This document shows positions 46,322 through 53,800 of a stretch of 64,000 nt of DNA, one piece after another. Under the pieces are notes generated by a model. The model was not told where the DNA came from and ran no database searches. It saw nothing but the letters and a program-made list of their open reading frames with translations. This stretch comes from an uncultured Lachnospiraceae bacterium (GTDB lineage Bacteria; Bacillota; Clostridia; Lachnospirales; Lachnospiraceae): assembly GCA_947593735.1 (NCBI GenBank), contig CANQDT010000009.1:2037-66036 (forward strand), written 5' to 3'. The position numbers and the translations under genes are program-made. Position 1 is the stretch's first letter. The number at the start of each line of letters is the position of its first letter.

Positions 46322-46936
46322 TTATACAGACCGGTACAGCCCGATGACTTTACCGATGAGAACGGCATGATCCGTAAAAACGGGGTCCTGCCCGTCGTTT
46401 TCCGGCTGGAGGCGGATGCGGTTTTTCTCTTTATAAAATGTCCGCACCACAGCGGAGCCTGCGTCCATCGCGACAACCATATCCCCGTCCCGCGCGGTTT
46501 TTTTATGCTCCACGAGGATCAGGTCGCCGGCATATACGCCGGCGTTTTTCATACTGTCGTCCGGAACCCGCGCCATGAACACATCCGCACGGACGGGCAG
46601 CATATCGGACGGAAATGGGAAATAATTTTCAATATTTCGTTCCTCCAGCAGATGTTCTTCGGCGATCGCGCGAAGGACCGGCACCTGGACCAGTTCCCGT
46701 CTTGTAAGCCCGAAGACGCTGTCCGTGATCTCGATTGCCCTCGGCTTGGACGGATCTCTGCGTATATATCCGTTTTTCTCTAATTTTTCCAGATGCGCAT
46801 GCACGGATGATGTGGATTTTAATCCCGCCATCCTGCATAGCTCGCGGACGGTAGGCGGATATCCTTTCTGCATGATTTCTTCCTTGAGTAGATCCAGGAT
46901 CTGCTGTTGTTTTTTTGTGATCGTTCCGTCCGCCAT
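46322..46936 (-). CDS. lexA: LexA repressor
   Basis: ATG at 46936 follows AGGAAAGAGG. wHTH region GYPPTVRELCRMAGLKSTSSVHAHLEKLEKNGYI. S24 peptidase block VPDDSMKNAGVYAGDLILV. Confidence 0.92.
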   Translation of the reverse strand: MADGTITKKQQQILDLLKEEIMQKGYPPTVRELCRMAGLKSTSSVHAHLEKLEKNGYIRRDPSKPRAIEITDSVFGLTRRELVQVPVLRAIAEEHLLEERNIENYFPFPSDMLPVRADVFMARVPDDSMKNAGVYAGDLILVEHKKTARDGDMVVAMDAGSAVVRTFYKEKNRIRLQPENDGQDPVFTDHAVLIGKVIGLYRSV

Positions 46937-46994
46937 AGATGTAAGCCTCTTTCCTGAATGTAGTATCGCGCGGTTTGTTCCGCAATTAAGAATC

Positions 46995-47034
46995 AGTATA
47001 ACATATCTGAACATAAAATTCAAACAAATGTTCT
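46995..47034 (-). promoter_or_regulatory. lexA promoter with overlapping candidate SOS (Cheo-type) boxes
   Basis: On the minus strand: TTGAAT (47023-47018), a 17-nt spacer, then TATACT (47000-46995). AGAACATTTGTTTG (47034-47021) is one mismatch from GAAC-N4-GTTC and overlaps the -35. GAACAT (47009-47014) and ATGTTC (47028-47033) form an outer inverted repeat. Confidence 0.45.
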
Positions 47035-48109
47035 ATTTTTTCTCTTTCTTCTCAGTGGATTCCCGCAGCGTCACCGCCTTTGCCGCCTGGCGTCTCCGCG
47101 TGTCCGCCATCGCCGCGTAATGCTTCCGCGTCGTATTGACGTCCGTGTGCCCGAGAACGTCCGCGACAAGGTAAATATCGCCGGTTTCCCGGTAGAGCGC
47201 CGTGCCGTAGGTGCTGCGCAGCTTGTGCGGGGTGATTTTTTTCAGCGTCGTAACAATGGAAGAATATTTTTTTACGAGCTTTTCGACCGACCGGACGCTC
47301 ATCCGGCTGCGCTGCAGAGAGAGGAAAAACGCGTTTTCCGAACCGTCCTTCGGGATCATATGATCCCGTTCCTGTTTATAATCCCAGAGCGCGTCCGCGA
47401 CCTCGTCGCCAAAATAAACAACTGCCTCTTTTCCTCCCTTGCGCGTGATGTGGACGCCGAAATTTTTAAAGTCCACATCATGGATATCAAGCCCCACACA
47501 TTCCGATACCCGGATCCCGGTGCCGAGCAGGAGCGTGAGAAGGGCGAGATCCCGCGTTTTCGTTTTGTTATGGAAGCGCTGCTGGTTTTTGGTCAGCCCG
47601 TCGCCGGATTCCACTTCATCCAGGAGCTTCGCGATCTCGTCCACATCCAGACGGATGATCTCTTTTTCATGTATTTTTGGGATATCGACCAGCGCCGGAG
47701 GATTATTCTCGATCAGCTGTTTTTTGTAATAATATTTATAAAAGGTGCGCAGGGAGGCGAGCTTCCGCGCGATGCCGCGTTCCTGGTTGGTCACGGTCTG
47801 CCGGTCGTCCGAACTGTATAGGCGCACATAATCCAGATATTCTTCGATATCCAGTGGCGTCAGCTCGTCCAGGACGGATACGGGGATCGACCGGATCTCC
47901 CTGTCGTGGAACAGGGGGTTGGTCTCCTGCAGGAAACGGAAAAAGATCCGCAGGTCGTACGCGTATGCGATTCTCGTGCGCGAGGAAGTCGTGGAGGTGA
48001 TCCCGCGGAAAAAGTCGCCGCAAAATTTCGGAAGCTCCTGGAGCAGTTCCCGCAATTTTTTCTGGTTTTCAATATTGACCTGTTCCGAATAGCTCTTCTC
48101 GTTTTTCAT
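47033..48109 (-). CDS. tyrosine-type site-specific recombinase (XerC/XerD-like)
   Basis: SAM-like N-domain. Catalytic blocks GTGIRVSECVGL, HKLRSTYGTALY and LGHTDVNTTRKHY. Confidence 0.85.
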   Translation of the reverse strand: MKNEKSYSEQVNIENQKKLRELLQELPKFCGDFFRGITSTTSSRTRIAYAYDLRIFFRFLQETNPLFHDREIRSIPVSVLDELTPLDIEEYLDYVRLYSSDDRQTVTNQERGIARKLASLRTFYKYYYKKQLIENNPPALVDIPKIHEKEIIRLDVDEIAKLLDEVESGDGLTKNQQRFHNKTKTRDLALLTLLLGTGIRVSECVGLDIHDVDFKNFGVHITRKGGKEAVVYFGDEVADALWDYKQERDHMIPKDGSENAFFLSLQRSRMSVRSVEKLVKKYSSIVTTLKKITPHKLRSTYGTALYRETGDIYLVADVLGHTDVNTTRKHYAAMADTRRRQAAKAVTLRESTEKKEKK

Positions 48110-48336
48110 CCCTGGTTCTCCCTCGTTTTCTTCAGGAAATATATGCCCAATATTCCGAACGGTATAAAAAAGATACCATAGTTGATGATGTTCTCGAGGA
48201 TATACAGGAAATAGGGCGCGCTGTTCGCCGTCTGCCGGTAGGCGGTATAGGCGAGGCAGTCGTCCATGAGCATCGCGAGAAAGCAGAATATCGTCAAAAA
48301 TAAAAAAACAGCCGCAGGGATTTTATATCGTAACAT
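48106..48336 (-). CDS. small hydrophobic membrane protein (76 aa), translationally coupled to the recombinase
   Basis: Two predicted TM segments (AAVFLFLTIFCFLAMLM and GIFFIPFGILGIYFL). The stop overlaps the recombinase ATG (ATGA). GGAGGAAAAGGAGA lies upstream. Confidence 0.6.
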   Translation of the reverse strand: MLRYKIPAAVFLFLTIFCFLAMLMDDCLAYTAYRQTANSAPYFLYILENIINYGIFFIPFGILGIYFLKKTRENQG

Positions 48337-48395
48337 AGTCGTCTCCTTTTCCTCCGTACAGGATCGCGTTTATCGTCTGTCTAAATTCTATCACG

Positions 48396-48446
48396 CCGGA
48401 TGATTTCCCGCAATTATAAATTTCCGGTCAGCCGGAAATCATCCGG
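48396..48446. promoter_or_regulatory. nested inverted repeats in a divergent intergenic region (operator or RNA switch candidate)
   Basis: CCGGATGATTTCC (48396-48408) is the perfect complement of GGAAATCATCCGG (48434-48446). Within the gap, TTTCCGG (48421-48427) pairs with CCGGAAA (48432-48438). The repeat overlaps a minus-strand promoter-like TTGCGG-17-TAGAAT. Confidence 0.5.
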
Positions 48447-48541
48447 TCGCTCGGGACGAGGGTTTTGGTCATAGAATGGTTTCCGGACAATATACTGAAT
48501 GTAAGAAAAAGTTGCCCGCGGACAAAGCGGGGCAGTTTGCT

Positions 48542-49822
48542 ATGCGAAGATATCTTGTGTTTGTCATGCTCCTCGTTCTCGGGACCGCCGTTTCGTTTCT
48601 GACAAATTTCGATCATACGTTTGACCGCCGGCTTGGGAAGTGGGAGAGCAGGAGCGGAGGCGATGCCCCGGCGGGACAGCAGAAAGAAAAAGATCAGGAA
48701 GATGAGCCGCTTACCGGCGTATGGATCTCGTATCTGGAATTGCAGGAATTTTCAAAACAATATCAAAAGAAAGAACAAACTCAAAAAAAGGAACAAAATT
48801 ATCGCGATTTTATCGGCGATATCTACGATCACTGCGTTTCAAACGGCGTCGATCATGTGTTTGTCCATGTGCGCCCTTTTTCCGACGCGCTGTATCCGTC
48901 GCAATGGTACCCATGGTCGAAAGTGATAACCGGACGGCAGGGAGAAGATCCCGGATTTGATCCGCTTGACGTGATGATCGAGGAGGCGCATAAGAGAAAT
49001 CTGTCGTTTCATGCCTGGATCAACCCGTATCGGGTTACCAACGATCGTAATATTTCCCAGTTATCCCCAAAATCAACAATTTATAAGTGGATAACTTCAA
49101 AACAAAGCCGGAATGTCCTGTATTATGGTGGAAAATATTATCTGAATCCGTCCAGGCGTGCCGTACAAAAGCACATCATCGACGGGATCCGGGAGATCAT
49201 CACGTCGTATCCGGTCGACGGGATCCATTTCGACGATTATTTTTATCCATCCTTTACAACAGACGATTATAACCGGCAATTTGACGCCTACGAGTACAGC
49301 GCGTACAAGAAAAAGGCGTTCCGTCAGGGAAAGATCCCTCTGACGATCGCGAACTGGAGAAGGCGGCAGGTTGGGAATCTGATCCTTGCCGCGCATGAAC
49401 TGATCCGCGCGCAAAACGAAAAAAATCGAACAAACATTCTGTTTGGAATCAGCCCGGTCGGAAATCCGGATGTTTTGAGAAGCGATTATCAATATTATGT
49501 CGATATTGATAAAATCATGAACAGCAGCCGATATGTCGATTATGTCTGCCCGCAGATCTACTGGGGATTTGAAAATCCGGACGCGCCGTTTCAGGAAACG
49601 CTGGATCAATGGATCCGGATGAAAAAAAGCCCGGACATCAAATTGTATGTCGGGCTGCCTGCCTATAAAGTGAGATCAGAAACAGAAGCCGCGGGGGAAC
49701 CGGAGTTCCGGAAGAAATCGATACTTGACCGGATGAGAGAAAGCTGCAGAAAGAAAAAAACGGACGGGATCATTTATTATCGTTACGCGGACCTGATCCG
49801 GCTCAATGGGAATGAAACATAA
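48542..49822 (+). CDS. GHL10 (PF02638, YngK-like) glycosyl-hydrolase-like family protein, membrane-anchored or secreted
   Basis: Probable start at ATG 48542, before the TM segment RRYLVFVMLLVLGTAVSFL. Blocks GVWISYLEL, HVFVHVRPFSDALYPS and SFHAWINPYRV. Confidence 0.7.
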   Translation: MRRYLVFVMLLVLGTAVSFLTNFDHTFDRRLGKWESRSGGDAPAGQQKEKDQEDEPLTGVWISYLELQEFSKQYQKKEQTQKKEQNYRDFIGDIYDHCVSNGVDHVFVHVRPFSDALYPSQWYPWSKVITGRQGEDPGFDPLDVMIEEAHKRNLSFHAWINPYRVTNDRNISQLSPKSTIYKWITSKQSRNVLYYGGKYYLNPSRRAVQKHIIDGIREIITSYPVDGIHFDDYFYPSFTTDDYNRQFDAYEYSAYKKKAFRQGKIPLTIANWRRRQVGNLILAAHELIRAQNEKNRTNILFGISPVGNPDVLRSDYQYYVDIDKIMNSSRYVDYVCPQIYWGFENPDAPFQETLDQWIRMKKSPDIKLYVGLPAYKVRSETEAAGEPEFRKKSILDRMRESCRKKKTDGIIYYRYADLIRLNGNET

Positions 49823-50098
49823 GCCGGAATCGAAAAGACAGTATTGACCGCAGTTTTATGGGAAAAATCGATATATTTATTCGTTAAAGTTGAGTTTTGC
49901 GAATAGTTGCAGATCAATTGTGAAACGTATCCATCAGCGTGATCCGGCTTCTTCTCACTTATTGAGCGGTCTTACCCTCCTGCATAGCCTCGATTCCACC
50001 TCACGATGGACACCCTTGCCTTCGGCTATATCCTTCCCACTACCGGGCGGATTCGGGACTTTCACCCGTTAGAGCCCACCCATGCGGATAAATAAAAT

Positions 50099-50148
50099 GG
50101 AACAGCTCCGCATCCATCCGGACACAGAGCCGTTCTCCTTTTTGTTTT
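50099..50148. terminator. probable bidirectional terminator
   Basis: GGAACAGCTC (50099-50108) pairs with GAGCCGTTCT (50127-50136) with one mismatch and one G-T pair. CCTTTTTGTTTT follows on the plus strand, and ATTTTATTTAT on the minus strand. It abuts the stop of the minus-strand gene. Confidence 0.5.
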
Positions 50149-50776
50149 ATTTCGTTTTCGCAGCTGCTTTTAAGTAGATTTCTTTCAGCAGGTCGATCGT
50201 CCCGTCAATGCCAAGCAGCGAACTGTCAATGGTCAGATGATAACTCGCGGTATCGCCCCACTTCTTTGTCGTATAATAATTATAATAGCTTGCGCGCTGC
50301 TTATCCGCCTTATTGATCATGATCTCCGCCCTGGACGCGTCGATATTCATCCGTTCCTGCGTCCGCCGGATCCGTTCCGGCAACGGCGCATGGATAAAAA
50401 TGGAAATCAGATCGTCCCGGTCAGACAATGCGTAATCGGCGCAGCGTCCAACGATCACGCAGGGTCCCTCTTCCGCAATGGATTTGATCGCGTCAAACGA
50501 GGCGATAAATACTTTGTGGTTCAATGGCATTTGGAAATTATTCCCAATAAACGCATTTGCATACGGATCCATCACCAAAGAATAAAGCAGGCTGCTCGTC
50601 GGTTTTTCGTCAAAGCTCTCCATGACATGGTTGCTGATGCCGCTTTCCTCCGAGGCTTTGCGCAGAATTTCCTTATCATCGTAATAGGGAATGCCGAGCT
50701 GTTTTGCCAGACCTTCGCCGATCAGTCTTCCGCCGCTGCCAAATTGTCTGCCTATTGTGATAATCTTTCCTGCCAT
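50147..50776 (-). CDS. cytidylate kinase-like family protein (Cytidylate_kin2-type P-loop)
   Basis: ATG at 50776 lies 8 nt after GGAGG. N-terminus MAGKIITIGRQFGSGGRLIGEGLAKQLGIPYYD. Confidence 0.8.
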   Translation of the reverse strand: MAGKIITIGRQFGSGGRLIGEGLAKQLGIPYYDDKEILRKASEESGISNHVMESFDEKPTSSLLYSLVMDPYANAFIGNNFQMPLNHKVFIASFDAIKSIAEEGPCVIVGRCADYALSDRDDLISIFIHAPLPERIRRTQERMNIDASRAEIMINKADKQRASYYNYYTTKKWGDTASYHLTIDSSLLGIDGTIDLLKEIYLKAAAKTK

Positions 50777-50808
50777 ACTATCAGCCTCCATCCTTTTTTT
50801 CTATGCCC

Positions 50809-50838
50809 ATCATAGCACAGAATCGCATTCTTTTCCAA
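50809..50838 (-). promoter_or_regulatory. extended -10 promoter of the cytidylate kinase-like gene
   Basis: On the minus strand: TTGGAA (50838-50833), an 18-nt spacer ending in TGC, then TATGAT (50814-50809). Confidence 0.55.
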
Positions 50839-50879
50839 TAAATTTTTGAAATTTATGCGATTTTTGAAAGGAATGGCGC

Positions 50880-53800
50880 TTACAGTCCTTCCACTTCTCT
50901 CCCATTTGCTTTTTTCAGGATCCGAAGCACATCTTTTGTTGTGACGTTCTCATCCCCGTCCACATTCGCCGCGCGGTAAGGCTGGCTCTGCTTTTCCTCA
51001 TCTGTCGGCTCTTTGACGCTCCATTCCAGCGCGAGTACGGCGTCGGAAAGACGGATGCTGCCGTCGTTATCAACGTCGCCCGGCGTGAACGACGCGCGGT
51101 CGGTTATCTCGACAGTCGCGGAAACACGGATCTCGCCAGAGCTGTAAAGCGTCTTATTCTCCGCGAGATAGCTGGTCGAACCGCCGTCGCCGACCCACTG
51201 GTCAAGGTTCGCGCCGATCGTCTGGACCACGCCCTCGATCGGATAACTTCCCGGCGTTCCGAATTTCACACCGGACAGATCCCAGCGCACCGGCAACATG
51301 GATGTGCCGGAATCGTATGCCAGATTGACTTCCGCTTTCGGCAGCAGCCCGGACAGTCCTTCTTCACTGACATCCTTCGCGATCGTCACCGTGCCAAGCT
51401 CGTTTTCCACCGCTGATACCGCGTCCGCAGCGCGGATCGCGTCATACTGCCGCTTCGTCAGGCTGATGACGCCGCCGTGTTTGGTGTTTTCTGTCAGGAA
51501 ATAATCCGGATCGTCCAGATAATCCCAGCCCTTATCCAGATCGGTGGAAACCATCGGCTGGTATCCCGGCACCGGCAGGTCATCCACGAACAGATACCAG
51601 CGGTTCTCCTGGCTGTGATCCTTAAATACGGCGGGACCTTCACACGCGCCGTACCTGCTTTGCCCGATACGGCTCTGTATCCGCGTCCATTTCGTATCCG
51701 GAAGCCACCATTGTTTGCTGTCGGTCGATTCCATGATGATCTGCTCCGAATTGCTCTTTGTAATATGATAAGTCTTCCCAGCGTTCTGGATGATGGTCGT
51801 ATCGATGCTTCCATTGCTTCCCCCATCCAGGAATTTCCCGCCGTACTCCCAGGTATCTTTCGTGAAATCCGTCGTCGCGCCCCACATAATATGGCTGCCG
51901 ATCGAGTTGTTCTGCGCCTCGTCCTCATATACTGTTGAAGACCAGTAGACGACAAACGCGCCTCTGCCGTCGCCATAATAATCCGGGACCCATGTCGCTT
52001 CCGGAGCCCAGAGCATGCCAAGGTTCGCGAGCTTATGTCCCTGCTCGTCCAGCACGACGTCGAACTGCCGGAAATCGGTCCATGTGATCAGATCCTTCGA
52101 TTCCCATACGTTCAGCTTCGTACTGTAATTTTTTTGCCAGCCGCCCCAGTTTAAATTGTCTCCGCCGAATACGCGCAGGTCGGTTGCGATGATATAATAG
52201 GTTTCCGTCTCCGGGTTATAGGTCAGATAAGGGTCGCGCACCCCGGTCGTGCCAAGGTTGGAAGCCAGGATCGGCTTTCTTCCGTTGAGCGGATCCCACT
52301 GTTCCGGATTGTCCCCTCTGGAAATATCCAGATAGATCTTTTCCGCGTATCCGTTGCTGTCCTCGACGAAATGGACCATCAGATATCCATAAGGATCATC
52401 CGCTGCCGCTTCCGGAAGGATCGTAACCGGTACGGTCACTTCTCTCTGGTTCCCAAGGACGGTAAGGACAGCCGTCAGCGTGCCGGTGATCGGCTCCTGC
52501 CCATTTTCCGGCTGGCGCACGGTCGCGCGCAGACCATCCTCCGCGATCGTTACTTCCGGCAGATCGGATTTCCATGTAACAGTTCCGTAATAAGACGGCA
52601 GCGTCGCGGAACGGTCGCTCAGCGTAACGTCCCGGATCTCCTGCTCCGCCTGATTCAGCAGCACTTCGCCGAATGCAGGGGAAACGCTCGGCAACTCGTC
52701 TTTGCTGCACGCGTGTCCGTAAATTTTATAATTGTCCAGCCATCCTTTGAAAAATTCACCCTGGGCGCCCCAGTTCGCTTTTCCGATATAAAGGACGCTG
52801 GAATCTCCCAGTATCTGCGGGACGGATATGGAACTGTCTATTTTGGAACGTTCCTGTCCGTTGACATAAACGGTCGTATTCTCTTTCGCGACGACAACAT
52901 CGACATGATACCAGGAATCGCCGGTCGTTGCTTCCGCTACAGACGGCCGGCTTCCGGAATTGAGATACCGCTCTGCTGTCGTAACGCCGTTTTTGATCAG
53001 GATGCCGAGATACTGCTCCCGGTTATTGACCTGCGTGGCGTCGCTCGGAGCCGCGTAAAACGCCCAGTTCGTGTCGGCGCGGTCCGGCTTCATATCGTAG
53101 GAAATCGTAAGCTCCTCCACTCCGGTCAGCAGGCTTGTTCCATCCTCCTTTGTCACACTCAGATAGTTGGAAGTGGAACCATCGAGATACAGGCTGTTTC
53201 CGTCATATCCCTCGTCGGAAAGCGTATACGTTCCCTCCGCTTTCGCTTTTCCTCCGACAAATCCGCCGGCGTCATCATCAAAATTGAAATCTGCCAGAAG
53301 ATCCGAGCTTTCAGAACCGGTATAGGCAGGGACGACCTCCCACAGCTGGAGATTGGAATCGCTCGCCGGCTTCTGGACGGCTCTCGCGTCGCTTGCCGTG
53401 CTTTCCAGCGTCATATACATACCGCTGTTTCCGTTCTTGAATTTGTAATAGTCCCCGCTCTTCTCCATGATCCAGTTCTGGTCCGCATTTCCTTCATATA
53501 CCCAGAGGATCAGGCGTTCCCCGTCGTTTTTTGTTCCTCCGTTGACGGCGGCGATGCTGAAGCTCTTGATATTCACCAGCTTCACCGTCGGCGTATCGCC
53601 GATCGAGCTTGGCTCCAGATACCATTGCTGGCTTGCCTGTCCCGAATAATCCCATTGGATAATATCGGACAGGGACGCGGTCCCGCCGCCTTTTACGCTC
53701 AGCGCTTTTCCGGTTTCGACATTTCGGATTTCGACGATCTCCTCTTTCGGGATCGTCTCGGTCATGTCGGTTTCTTTCCCGGTAAGCGGAGTTCCCTGCG

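Noticed and set aside
47033-48109. Tyrosine recombinase as the integrase of a mobile element
   Set aside because: There are no flanking att-like direct repeats, phage or conjugation genes, or compositional shift. The gene is embedded co-directionally with lexA, so it is more consistent with a chromosomal Xer-like recombinase.
49890-50072. 60-aa ORF in the large non-coding gap
   Set aside because: The start is TTG and is used as the -35 of a promoter-like element. There is no RBS, and the product is Ser/Leu/Pro-rich and low-complexity. The region is treated as non-coding (see finding).
50040-50080. Possible FMN or c-di-AMP riboswitch fragment (minus-strand GGGTGAAAGTCCCGAATCCGCCCGGTAG resembles parts of both consensus cores)
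   Set aside because: Only one short segment matches. The remaining conserved cores (second GGATTC...GAAGCCGACAGT of RFN; CAGCTAAC...GTAAGCG of ydaO) are absent. No regulated gene lies downstream on that strand.
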